Source: Deltaproteobacteria bacterium (lineage in GTDB: Bacteria > Desulfobacterota > Desulfobacteria > Desulfobacterales > Desulfatibacillaceae). From it: a stretch of 25,314 bases of DNA. Location: contig JAKAGN010000001.1 in NCBI GenBank assembly GCA_021815525.1, positions 1 to 25,314 on the forward strand. Direction: 5' to 3'. Below, one piece after another: positions 8,507 to 17,455 of this stretch. The stretch's first letter is position 1, and each line of letters opens with the position of its first letter. The position numbers were made by a program, and so were the translations under genes. The notes under the pieces are model-generated. The model saw only the letters and a program-made list of their open reading frames with translations, searched no databases and was not told the DNA's origin.

Positions 8507-8762
8507 CCCTTCCCCCCTTCCCTTTTGAAACAGCTTCGATTTCAATTCGTCATGGCCTGGGCACTCAAGGGCCCAAGGCCGAAATTCCCCGTCAATACCG
8601 TAATCCGGACCTCCCCTTGTCAACTTCGCCGGCCGGCCGGATTTTCCGGCGCGCGGTGAAAATCACCACCTCCGGGTGAGACTTCCTTCAAGCCTCGAAA
8701 CTTTCCTTTCTTCCAGCGCCCCCAGAATCCCGAAAAAATGATTTCCGGGATATTCGCCGATT

Positions 8763-8779
8763 TTGGATCAATTATTGCA
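8763..8779 (+). promoter_or_regulatory. sigma54 (-24/-12)-like promoter of the pilin gene
   Basis: TTGGATCAATTATTGCA has correct GG-N10-GC spacing and a TTGCA -12 box, about 75 nt upstream of ATG 8854. RBS GGGAGG at 8843-8848. Confidence 0.5.
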
Positions 8780-8853
8780 GTTGTTGCAATTGACCGGGTC
8801 AAAACCAAAGCCGTTTACAAGCTCATTTCCAATAAGGCTTCCGGGAGGCCGCC

Positions 8854-9234
8854 ATGAAAATGTTTCATGCCGATGGATCGGAGAGGGGCTTCACGCTGGT
8901 GGAACTCATGATCGTCATCGCCGTGATCGGCATCTTGGCGGCCATCGCCACCCCGTTTTTCTCCGCGTACAGGAAACGGGCCTACAACGCCATGGCCCTA
9001 GCTGACGCAGAGGCCGCCTTCAGGGCCTGCAACGCCTTTTTCGTGGATCATCCCGACGAAAACTTCGACCCCAACTCGGCCACGGCCAAAACCTACGGCT
9101 ACACCAAATCAAGCGCCATAGAAGTTTACGGGGGAGGCACCGTCACCTTCGCCGCCATCGCCACGAGGCACCCCAAGGGCGACCACTGGTACTACGTGAG
9201 CACCTGGGGCCAGACGCTTTCCATAGCCTTCTGA
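8854..9234 (+). CDS. pilA: Type IV pilin (class III signal peptide), Geobacter PilA-like N-terminus
   Basis: Prepilin cleavage motif ERG/FTLVELMIVIAVIGILAAIA with E5. A 12-aa leader plus a 114-aa mature pilin beginning ...TPFFSAYRKRAYN. Confidence 0.85.
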   Translation: MKMFHADGSERGFTLVELMIVIAVIGILAAIATPFFSAYRKRAYNAMALADAEAAFRACNAFFVDHPDENFDPNSATAKTYGYTKSSAIEVYGGGTVTFAAIATRHPKGDHWYYVSTWGQTLSIAF

Positions 9235-9315
9235 AAGGCGTCTCGGGCAAGGAGACGAAGTAACGACGCGGCCCAACCTTCTTCTCCGCCACGCGCGCCA
9301 TAGGGAGAACCTGAA

Positions 9316-9819
9316 ATGCCGGGCGAAATTCTGAAAAACGTCGTGAACCTTGTTTTCAACTTCGTAAGCGACGGCATCGAATCGGTCCGGAAGGACTACC
9401 GGGAAAAAGGCCCGGGCGCCGCGGCCTCCAACAGGTACTCCCTAATCCTTGGCGCGGCGCTGGTGCTGGCCGGCATCATGCTTTACTTCAACCTTGCGCC
9501 GGTCGTGGCCTATGACAAAGGCGCCAAGGGGCTTTTGGAGCTTCCCGAAGACCGGCTCAAGACCGCCATCGTGATGGACGGCGCTTTTGCGCGGCTCGGA
9601 GCCAGGGAGCTTGTTTTCAAGAAGCTCACCATAAGGGACGTAAGGCCCGAAAAGGAAAAAGGCGAGGACGTGAGCCTTGTGAGCTATGATCTTTCGATCG
9701 ACGCCAAGGGCTCCGGCCGCAGGTACGTAAAGGGTGAGATCAAGGTGGTCAAACGCGGCGGCGTCTGGTTCTTCTACAGCCAGCGGTTCGAGAAGTGGCT
9801 CCCGCTCATGCAGTCCTGA
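9316..9819 (+). CDS. Hypothetical single-TM membrane protein
   Basis: 167 aa, RBS AGGGAG at 9302-9307. One TM segment (YSLILGAALVLAGIMLYFNL) and a beta-rich C-terminus ending ...IKVVKRGGVWFF. Confidence 0.7.
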   Translation: MPGEILKNVVNLVFNFVSDGIESVRKDYREKGPGAAASNRYSLILGAALVLAGIMLYFNLAPVVAYDKGAKGLLELPEDRLKTAIVMDGAFARLGARELVFKKLTIRDVRPEKEKGEDVSLVSYDLSIDAKGSGRRYVKGEIKVVKRGGVWFFYSQRFEKWLPLMQS

Positions 9820-9875
9820 ATCTTCGCCGCCCCGCCGCACCCCTTCCCCTCCGAAACGCCCTACCCCGATCCGAT

Positions 9876-9945
9876 GCAATGCAGGCGTCACCCGGCCCTC
9901 GGCAATGCGCGCGTCACGATTCGTATTCAACAATTCGTATTCAAC
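9876..9945. repeat. Two pairs of direct repeats upstream of the kdp operon
   Basis: GCAATGCnnGCGTCAC at 9876-9891 and 9902-9917 (14/16 identical); ATTCGTATTCAAC at 9919-9931 and 9933-9945 (13/13). Confidence 0.6.
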
Positions 9946-10099
9946 CCCCTTTTTCTCGATGCACCGCCTTGATATTATCCTTATGCCGTCGGCATATATT
10001 TTTTCCCCATCCTGATGCGTCACGTCTTATCCTTGTATCGTAAGGGCGGAGCGTTCCGGCGGGGCCGGAACATCCCCCCGCCCAAAGGAAAGGTTCGCC

Positions 10100-10183
10100 A
10101 TGGCAGACTTGATTTTTCTCGCGGCGGGTGCGGCTTTTTTCATCCTCAGCGTCGGATTTTCCGGGCTTTTGTCGAGGCTCTGA
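10100..10183 (+). CDS. 27-aa hydrophobic peptide upstream of kdpF (KdpZ-like accessory peptide)
   Basis: MADLIFLAAGAAFFILSVGFSGLLSRL*, with purine-rich RBS AAAGGAAAGG at 10084-10093. Its TGA abuts the kdpF RBS (TGAAAGGAGG). Confidence 0.7.
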   Translation: MADLIFLAAGAAFFILSVGFSGLLSRL

Positions 10184-10195
10184 AAGGAGGAAAAA

Positions 10196-10285
10196 ATGGA
10201 CTTTTTCCTGTGGGCCGGAGGAGCGCTGGCCGTTTTTCTCCTGGTCTATCTCGTAGCGGCCCTTCTCAAGCCGGAGTGGTTCTGA
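10196..10285 (+). CDS. kdpF: K+-transporting ATPase subunit F
   Basis: MDFFLWAGGALAVFLLVYLVAALLKPEWF* (29 aa) has the YLxxALLxPExF motif and RBS AGGAGG. The stop overlaps the kdpA ATG (TGATG). Confidence 0.92.
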   Translation: MDFFLWAGGALAVFLLVYLVAALLKPEWF

Positions 10286-12027
10286 TGAACTCGATAGCCG
10301 CCATAAAATTTCTTGTCTATTTCGCGCTGCTCACGATCCTGGCCGCGCCCCTGGGCGCTTACATGGCAAGGGTTTACGAGGGGGAGAACCGCCTTTCCAG
10401 GAAGATTCTGGGCCCCCTGGAGCGCTTCCTCTACAAGATCGCCGGGGTCCGCGAAGACTCGGACGGCTCCTGGAAAATCTACGCAAGGGATCTTCTGGTC
10501 TTCAACCTCCTGGGATTTTTCGCCGTATACGCCCTCCTGCGCCTCCAGGGCTCGCTCCCGCTCAATCCGGCCGGGTTCGGGGGCGTATCGCCGCGCCTGG
10601 CCTTCAACACCGCCGCAAGCTTCGTCACCAACACGAACTGGCAGGCCTACTCGGGCGAGGCGGTCATGAGCCAGCTTTCCCAGATGGCGGCCCTTGCGGT
10701 GCAGAACTTCCTCTCCGCGGGAAGCGGCATGGCCGTGGCCGCGGCCCTTTGCAGAAGCTTCGCCCGAAGTGAACGTGAGGGCATCGGCAGCTTCTGGGTG
10801 GACCTGGTGCGCGGCTCCATCTATATTCTTCTTCCCCTCTCGCTTGCCTTCTCGATTTTCCTGGTGTCCCAAGGCGTGGTGCAAACCTTTGAGGGAAGGG
10901 CCGAAGTATCCCTCATTTCGCCCCAGGCCGCCCCGGACGGCACGCCCCTCACCCGCGCATCGATAGCCCTGGGGCCGGTGGCCTCGCAGGTGGCGATAAA
11001 GCAGCTTGGGACCAACGGTGGGGGCTACTATAACGCCAACTCGGCCCATCCCTTCGAGAACCCCACCCCCCTTTCCAACTTCGCCGAGCTTCTGGCCATT
11101 CTCCTCATTCCCGCGGCCTTCTGCTTCACCTTCGGGAAGATGGTGAAGGCCCCCCGCCAGGGCCTTGTCCTTTTCTCCGTCATGATGGCGGTGATCCTTC
11201 CCCTGGTCTTCGTCTGCGCGGGCGCCGAGCTTTCGGGAAACCCGGCCTTGAGGGGCCTCGGGGTGGACCAGTCCGCCGGCGTCTTCCAGGGCGGAGGCAA
11301 CATGGAGGGAAAGGAACTCAGGTTCGGCGCGGCCGAAAGCGCCCTGTGGGCCGTGGCCACCACTGCCGCTTCCAACGGCTCCGTGAACTCCATGCACGAC
11401 AGCTTCACGCCAGTTGGCGGGCTCGTCCCCATGTGGCTCATCCAGCTGGGGGAGGTCATATTCGGCGGGGTCGGCTCGGGCCTTTACGGGATGATACTCC
11501 TTGCGGTAATCGCGGTTTTCATCGCGGGTCTCATGGTGGGCCGCACCCCGGAGTATCTCGGAAAAAAGCTTTCGGCCTTCGAGATGAAGGCAAGCTCCCT
11601 GGGGGTTCTCATCCCCCCGGCCCTTACCCTTCTGGGAACCGCCGCGGCCTGCGTGGCCGCCTCCGGCCATTCCACCGTGGCCAACCCCGGCCCCCACGGG
11701 TTTTCGGAGATTCTCTACGCCTACTCGTCCGCGGCCAACAACAACGGCTCGGCCTTCGCGGGGCTGGATGCCTCCAACCTCTTCCACACGGTGGGAACGG
11801 GCCTTTGCATGTTGGCCGGGCGCTTTTGGGTGATCGTGCCGGTCTTGGCCCTGGCCGGGGCCGTGGCGCGCAAGAAGATCGTTCCGGCCTCGGCCGGGAC
11901 CCTTCCCACCGACACCCCGCTCTTCGCGGTGCTCCTTCTGGGAACCGTGATCCTGGTGGGTGCCCTTACCTTCATTCCGGCCCTGGCCCTGGGTCCCATA
12001 GTGGAACATCTCATGCTTTTTCCATGA
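10285..12027 (+). CDS. kdpA: K+-transporting ATPase subunit A
   Basis: Start at ATG 10285 (580 aa). Selectivity-filter motifs FVTNTNWQ, KQLGTNGGG, AASNGSVNSMH and NNNGSAF. Confidence 0.97.
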   Translation: MNSIAAIKFLVYFALLTILAAPLGAYMARVYEGENRLSRKILGPLERFLYKIAGVREDSDGSWKIYARDLLVFNLLGFFAVYALLRLQGSLPLNPAGFGGVSPRLAFNTAASFVTNTNWQAYSGEAVMSQLSQMAALAVQNFLSAGSGMAVAAALCRSFARSEREGIGSFWVDLVRGSIYILLPLSLAFSIFLVSQGVVQTFEGRAEVSLISPQAAPDGTPLTRASIALGPVASQVAIKQLGTNGGGYYNANSAHPFENPTPLSNFAELLAILLIPAAFCFTFGKMVKAPRQGLVLFSVMMAVILPLVFVCAGAELSGNPALRGLGVDQSAGVFQGGGNMEGKELRFGAAESALWAVATTAASNGSVNSMHDSFTPVGGLVPMWLIQLGEVIFGGVGSGLYGMILLAVIAVFIAGLMVGRTPEYLGKKLSAFEMKASSLGVLIPPALTLLGTAAACVAASGHSTVANPGPHGFSEILYAYSSAANNNGSAFAGLDASNLFHTVGTGLCMLAGRFWVIVPVLALAGAVARKKIVPASAGTLPTDTPLFAVLLLGTVILVGALTFIPALALGPIVEHLMLFP

Positions 12028-12051
12028 GAGCCGGACAAGGAGCGCCATTCC

Positions 12052-14130
12052 ATGAACGACAGGAAAAAATCGAGGCGTCTTTTCGACAGAAGCATTGCTT
12101 ACGGGGCGGCGGTTGAGTCGTTCAGGAAGCTCGATCCACGCACGGTGGCCAGAAACCCGGTCATGTTCGTGGTGGAGGCGGGCTCGATCTTCACCACGGC
12201 CCTTTTTTTCCACGCCCTTTTTTCGGGAAGGGGGGAGGCCCCGGCGGGCTTCATCCTTGCGGTCTCCCTGTGGCTGTGGTTCACCGTGCTTTTTTCCAAC
12301 TTCGCCGAGGCCCTTGCCGAGGGCCGGGGAAAGGCCCAGGCCGAAAACCTCCGAAAGACCAGGAAGGAGGTCACCGCGCGCCGCCTCCTGCAGCCCGGCT
12401 ACGACGCAAGCCTCACCGAGGAGGTCCCTTCGGCCCATCTCAGGAAGGGCGACGTGGTGGCGGTCGAGGCCGGAGAGATAATCCCCGGCGACGGCGAGGT
12501 GATCGGAGGAGTGGCCTCGGTGGACGAAAGCGCCATCACCGGCGAAAGCGCGCCCGTGATACGGGAAAGCGGCGGCGACAGAAGCTCCGTGACCGGCGGA
12601 ACCCGGGTGCTCTCGGACAGGCTCGTGATACGCATTGTGGCCGAGGCGGGCGAAACCTTCCTGGACCGCATGATCGCAATGGTGGAGGGCGCCAAGAGGA
12701 GAAAGACGCCCAATGAAATAGCCTTGGAGATTCTCCTTGCCGGGCTCACCATAATTTTCATACTGGCCGTTGCCACCCTTTATCCCTTTTCGGTTTACGC
12801 GGTGGAAGCCTCCGGCAAGGGAAGCCCCGTGACCCTCACCGTCCTGGCCGCGCTTGCGGTGTGCCTCATCCCCACCACCATAGGCGGGCTCCTCTCGGCC
12901 GTGGGCATCGCCGGCATGGACCGGCTGGTAGGAGCCAACGTCCTGGCCACCTCCGGCCGCGCGGTGGAGGCCGCCGGCGACGTGGACGTCCTGCTCCTGG
13001 ACAAGACCGGCACCATCACGCTGGGAAACCGCCAAGCCGTGGGCTTCATCCCCGCCCCGGGGATTCCCGAAAGGCGGCTGGCGGAGGCGGCCCAGCTTTC
13101 CTCGCTTGCCGACGAGACCCCCGAGGGGCGCAGCATCGTGGTCCTCGCCAAGGAGCGCTTCGGGCTAAGGGGCCGCGAGCTTGCCGAGATTTCGGCATCC
13201 TTCGTGCCTTTTTCCGCCGAAACCCGCATGAGCGGAGTGGACGCCGGGGGAAAACGCATCAGGAAGGGCGCGGTTGACGCGGTGGAGCGCTTCGTCAGGC
13301 AGGGCGGAGGGCGTATCTCCAAGGAAGTGCGGGAAGCGGTGGACGAACTGGCCCGCCAGGGCGCGACGCCGCTTCTGGTCGCCGAGGAGGCAACGGTGCT
13401 GGGCATCGTCCACCTTAAGGACATCGTGAAGGGCGGCATCAGGGAGCGCTTCGCGGCCATGCGCCGGATGGGGATAAAGACCATAATGATCACTGGCGAC
13501 AACCCCCTTACCGCCGCCGCCATAGCAGCCGAGGCGGGGGTGGACGACTTCCTGGCCGAGGCCACGCCCGAGCGCAAGCTGACCCTCATCCGCGACTACC
13601 AGGCTAGGGGGCACATGGTGGCCATGACCGGGGACGGCACCAACGACGCCCCGGCCCTGGCCCAGGCGGACGTGGCCGTGGCCATGAACTCGGGCACCCA
13701 GGCGGCCAAGGAGGCCGGGAACATGGTGGACCTCGACTCCAACCCCACCAAGCTTCTGGAGGTGGTGGAGATCGGCAAGCAGATGCTGATGACCCGCGGG
13801 GCCCTCACCACCTTTTCCATAGCCAACGACGTTTCCAAGTACTTCGCAATCATTCCCGCGGCCTTCGCGTCCACCTACCCGGCCCTTGGCGCGCTCAACA
13901 TCATGGGGCTTTCCTCGCCGGCGAGCGCGGTGCTTTCGGCGGTCATCGTAAACGCCCTCATGATCGTGGCCTTAATCCCCCTGGCCTTAAAGGGGATCAG
14001 GCCCAGGAGCGCGCCGGCCGGGGTTCTCCTGCGCCGCAACATCCTTGTCTACGGCGCAGGAGGGCTCCTTTTCCCGTTTCCCTTCATAAAGCTTGTGGAC
14101 ATGCTCCTAAGCCTCGCGGGGGTAAAATGA
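12052..14130 (+). CDS. kdpB: K+-transporting P-type ATPase subunit B
   Basis: Motifs [25 protein letters not shown] (phospho-Asp), TGDN and [11 protein letters not shown]. Confidence 0.97.
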   Translation: MNDRKKSRRLFDRSIAYGAAVESFRKLDPRTVARNPVMFVVEAGSIFTTALFFHALFSGRGEAPAGFILAVSLWLWFTVLFSNFAEALAEGRGKAQAENLRKTRKEVTARRLLQPGYDASLTEEVPSAHLRKGDVVAVEAGEIIPGDGEVIGGVASVDESAITGESAPVIRESGGDRSSVTGGTRVLSDRLVIRIVAEAGETFLDRMIAMVEGAKRRKTPNEIALEILLAGLTIIFILAVATLYPFSVYAVEASGKGSPVTLTVLAALAVCLIPTTIGGLLSAVGIAGMDRLVGANVLATSGRAVEAAGDVDVLLLDKTGTITLGNRQAVGFIPAPGIPERRLAEAAQLSSLADETPEGRSIVVLAKERFGLRGRELAEISASFVPFSAETRMSGVDAGGKRIRKGAVDAVERFVRQGGGRISKEVREAVDELARQGATPLLVAEEATVLGIVHLKDIVKGGIRERFAAMRRMGIKTIMITGDNPLTAAAIAAEAGVDDFLAEATPERKLTLIRDYQARGHMVAMTGDGTNDAPALAQADVAVAMNSGTQAAKEAGNMVDLDSNPTKLLEVVEIGKQMLMTRGALTTFSIANDVSKYFAIIPAAFASTYPALGALNIMGLSSPASAVLSAVIVNALMIVALIPLALKGIRPRSAPAGVLLRRNILVYGAGGLLFPFPFIKLVDMLLSLAGVK

Positions 14131-14711
14131 AAACGCATAGCGCCCTTCGTCCCGCCATCGTGCTTTTGGCAGCGTTCTCCCTTCTCCTGGGTTTTGGCTA
14201 CCCGGCGCTGGTTACGGGAGCGGCCCAGGCCCTGTTTCCATTTCAGGCGAACGGGAGTATCATCAAGCTAGGGGGAAGGGCCGTGGGCTCGGCGCTTCTG
14301 GGGGAGAATTTTTCGGGCCCGGGCTGGTTCCGATCGCGCCCCTCCGCCACCACGCCTTACCCTTACAACGCGGAGGCCTCGGCCGCATCGAACCTCGGGC
14401 CGTCCAACCCCGCCTTGAGAAAAGCCGCGGACGCCCGGGCGGAAAGGCTCCGCGCCGAAAACCCCGAAAGCACTGGGCCCGTTCCGGCGGACCTCGTGAC
14501 GGCCTCGGCCTCGGGTCTCGACCCCCACATCTCGCCGGCCGCGGCCCTGTACCAGGTGGAACGGGTGGCCAGGGAGCGCAAGCTTCCGCCGGAAACGGTC
14601 CGGCGGCTCGTTCTTTCCTCCGTCGAAGGCCGCACCCTGGGAATCCTGGGCGAGCCGCGGGTGAACGTCCTTGAGCTCAACCTGGCCCTTTCGCGGATAA
14701 GCCCAATATAG
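14127..14711 (+). CDS. kdpC: K+-transporting ATPase subunit C
   Basis: N-terminal TM, then [44 protein letters not shown] and [13 protein letters not shown]; ATGA overlap with kdpB. Confidence 0.96.
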   Translation: MKTHSALRPAIVLLAAFSLLLGFGYPALVTGAAQALFPFQANGSIIKLGGRAVGSALLGENFSGPGWFRSRPSATTPYPYNAEASAASNLGPSNPALRKAADARAERLRAENPESTGPVPADLVTASASGLDPHISPAAALYQVERVARERKLPPETVRRLVLSSVEGRTLGILGEPRVNVLELNLALSRISPI

Positions 14712-14746
14712 GCCGGCCACGGAAAGACGCACTGAGGGCGCCTGTC

Positions 14747-17455
14747 ATGCCGATGAGCGAAAAACGTCCCGACCCCGACCTCCTGCTGGCGCGGGTCCAG
14801 GCCGAGGAGAAGCGCCGCAGCCGGGCCGTGCTCAAGGTTTTTCTCGGTTACGCCCCGGGGGTCGGTAAAACTTACTCCATGCTTCTTTCCGCAAGGCGCC
14901 TTTCCGCCCAGGGCGCTGACGTGGTGGTGGGCTGCGTGGAAACCCACGGCCGCCGGGAGACAGCGGCCCTCATGGAGGGCTTGGCGGTCCTGCCCCGAAG
15001 GGAGGCCGTCCACCGCGGAACTCGGCTCTTCGAGTTCGATCTCGATTCCGCCCTTTCCCGCAAGCCCGAGGTCCTTCTCCTGGACGAGCTTGCGCACACC
15101 AACGCGCCGGGAAGCCGCCACCCGAAGAGGTGGCAGGACGTCCTGGAGCTTCTGGAGGCCGGGATCGAGGTGCACACCACCGTGAACATCCAGCATCTCG
15201 AAAGCCTGAACGACGTGGTGGCGCAGATCACCTCAGTCAAGGTGCGGGAAACGGTGCCGGATCACGTTCTCGACCGGGCCGACGCCGTGGAGATAGTTGA
15301 CCTCACTCCGGACGAGCTTCTGGCGCGCCTGGCGGAGGGCAAGGTCTACCTGCCGGAGCAGGCCAAAAGGGCGGCTGACAACTTCTTCAAGCGGGGGAAT
15401 CTCCTGGCCCTCCGGGAGCTGGCCTTAAGAAGAACCGCCGAGCGGCTCGACTCGGACGTGCGCGAGTACAGGATGCAGCACGGCGTCACGGCCACATGGC
15501 CCACGGCCGAGAGCATCCTGGTCTGCGTGGGGGCGAGCCCCTCCTCGGCGCGAGTCATAAGGGGGGCCCGGCGCATGGCCGCGGGCCTTCGGGCTCCCTG
15601 GACGGCGGCTTACGCCGACGCCCCCAACGCATACCCCATGACCCGGGACGACCGCCGGCGCCTGGACTCGCACCTTCTTCTCGCCGAATCCCTGGGCGCG
15701 GCCGTGGTACGGCTCTCGGGAAGCCGCGTGGGCGCGGAAATCCTGCGCTACGCCCGCGAGCACAACGTGACCCGCATCGTGATCGGAAAGCCCGCCAAGC
15801 GCCGCTTGCGGGAGATATTCTCAGGCTCCCTGGTGGACGAGCTGGTGCGGGAAAGCGGTGAAATCGAGGTGCATTTCATCTCGGGACGCATCCCCGACGA
15901 AAGGGAGGACCCGCCCCCGGCCCCGGAAAGACCGCCCCTTCACCCGGCCCCTTACGCCTGGGCCTTTCTTCTCGTCGCCGTCGCGGCGATCCTCGCCGTC
16001 ACGGGCAGGAACCTCCTCGCCCTGCCGGACCTCGTGATGCTCTATCTTTCAGCCATCATGGCCGCGGCCTTCCTGTTCGGCCGCGGGCCGTCGCTACTGG
16101 CGGCCGCGCTGTCGGTGGCGGCCTACGATTTCTTCTCTGTCCCGCCCTACTTCACCTTCAGCGTGGAGCACGCGCGCCACATCCTCACCTTCGCCATGAT
16201 GTTCGCGGCCGGCCTTTCCATAAGCGGCCTCGCCTCCCGCATCCGCCGCCAGGAGAAGGACGCCAGGTACCGCGAGGAAAGGACCGCGTCGCTCTATTCC
16301 CTCTCCCGGGATCTGGTGAGCGTCCAGAACGAAGGCGATGCGGCGCGGATAACGGCCCGTCACGCCGCGGAGGTCTTCAGAGGCCGGGCGGCGGTGCTCC
16401 TTTCCGAGCCGTCAGGCGCTTTCGTGCCGGCGGCCAAAAGCCCGGACAACTTCGCCCTTTCCGAGGAGGAGCTGGCCGTGGTCCGCTGGGCCGGGGAGCA
16501 GGGCCGGCCGGCCGGACGCGGCACGGACACCTTTCCGGGCGCCGGCCTCACGGCCATGCCATTGAGCGCCGGCCCCAGGACGCCGGGCGTCCTGGCCCTG
16601 TGGGAAATCGCAACGGAAACCCTTTCCTCCATCGAACGGCGCAGCTTCCTCGAAGCCTTCGCGGCCCAGGCGGCTCTTGCCCTCTCGCGGGCCCGGCTTT
16701 CCGAAGAGGCCAAGGCATCGGCGCTCAAGGCGAAGACCGAGGAGATGCGAAGCTCGCTCTTGAGCGCAGCCTCGCACGACCTGAGAACCCCCCTTGCGGC
16801 CATCACGGGCCTTTCCACCCTTTTAAGGGACGATCGCGGACGTATTCCGGATGCGCAGAAAAGCGAGATACTTGCTTCCATCTGCTCCGAGGCCGAACGG
16901 ATGGAGAGGCTTGTGGGAAATCTTCTGGACATGGTAAAGCTGGAATCGGGCGGAATGAAGCCCAGGAAGGAGTGGGTGCCCCTGGAGGAGATCGTGGGAT
17001 CGGCCCTCTCCCGACTGGAAGGCCGCTTGACCGGGCGCTCCGTTAAGGTCCATCTTCCCCCGGATTTCCCGCTCGTCTCCGTTGACCCGGTGCTTTTCGA
17101 GCAGGTCTTCGTGAACATTATCGACAACGCCTTGAAGTACACCCCCCCGGAAGGCCCCATCGACATTTCGGCCGTGAGGGATGGGGAAGATGTCGCCGTC
17201 TCCGTGGCCGACAGGGGGCCTGGAATCGAGGCCGGACAGGAAGAGCGCGTGTTCGAGAAGTTCCTGCGCGGCTCCCATCCCGGCGTGGGGGGCGTGGGCC
17301 TGGGGCTTTCCATCTGCCGTGGGATCGTGGCGGCCCACGGCGGCGTCATTTCCGCCGCGAACCGGCCCGGGGGGGGCGCCGTGTTCACCATCCGCATCCC
17401 CTTGCCGGAGGCCCCGCCCACCGCCCTTTCCGACGGAACGGAGGGCTTCCCGTGA
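14747..17455 (+). CDS. kdpD: Sensor histidine kinase KdpD
   Basis: KdpD domain (GYAPGVGKT, DELAHTN, KRWQDV), USP domain, 4-TM region, GAF-like region, H-box SHDLRTPL and HATPase (GLGLSIC). Start could be 14753. Confidence 0.96.
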   Translation: MPMSEKRPDPDLLLARVQAEEKRRSRAVLKVFLGYAPGVGKTYSMLLSARRLSAQGADVVVGCVETHGRRETAALMEGLAVLPRREAVHRGTRLFEFDLDSALSRKPEVLLLDELAHTNAPGSRHPKRWQDVLELLEAGIEVHTTVNIQHLESLNDVVAQITSVKVRETVPDHVLDRADAVEIVDLTPDELLARLAEGKVYLPEQAKRAADNFFKRGNLLALRELALRRTAERLDSDVREYRMQHGVTATWPTAESILVCVGASPSSARVIRGARRMAAGLRAPWTAAYADAPNAYPMTRDDRRRLDSHLLLAESLGAAVVRLSGSRVGAEILRYAREHNVTRIVIGKPAKRRLREIFSGSLVDELVRESGEIEVHFISGRIPDEREDPPPAPERPPLHPAPYAWAFLLVAVAAILAVTGRNLLALPDLVMLYLSAIMAAAFLFGRGPSLLAAALSVAAYDFFSVPPYFTFSVEHARHILTFAMMFAAGLSISGLASRIRRQEKDARYREERTASLYSLSRDLVSVQNEGDAARITARHAAEVFRGRAAVLLSEPSGAFVPAAKSPDNFALSEEELAVVRWAGEQGRPAGRGTDTFPGAGLTAMPLSAGPRTPGVLALWEIATETLSSIERRSFLEAFAAQAALALSRARLSEEAKASALKAKTEEMRSSLLSAASHDLRTPLAAITGLSTLLRDDRGRIPDAQKSEILASICSEAERMERLVGNLLDMVKLESGGMKPRKEWVPLEEIVGSALSRLEGRLTGRSVKVHLPPDFPLVSVDPVLFEQVFVNIIDNALKYTPPEGPIDISAVRDGEDVAVSVADRGPGIEAGQEERVFEKFLRGSHPGVGGVGLGLSICRGIVAAHGGVISAANRPGGGAVFTIRIPLPEAPPTALSDGTEGFP

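Noticed and set aside
9239-9257. Hairpin CGTCTC-N7-GAGACG after the pilin as a terminator
   Set aside because: The stem is short with no U tract; it may be an mRNA stability element but cannot be called.
9876-9945. Direct repeats as a degenerate CRISPR or IS end
   Set aside because: Only two copies of each, too short, with no spacers, cas genes or transposase.
9820-10099. c-di-AMP (ydaO) riboswitch expected upstream of kdp
   Set aside because: No matching conserved segments are recognisable in the region.
10246-13035. 929-aa antisense ORF opposite kdpA/kdpB, and similar long shadow ORFs (16360-17985, 2928-3839, 4706-5710, 21441-22565)
   Set aside because: These mirror well-supported genes in high-GC DNA, where stops are scarce. 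They have no recognisable motifs and low-complexity Arg/Gly/His-rich translations.
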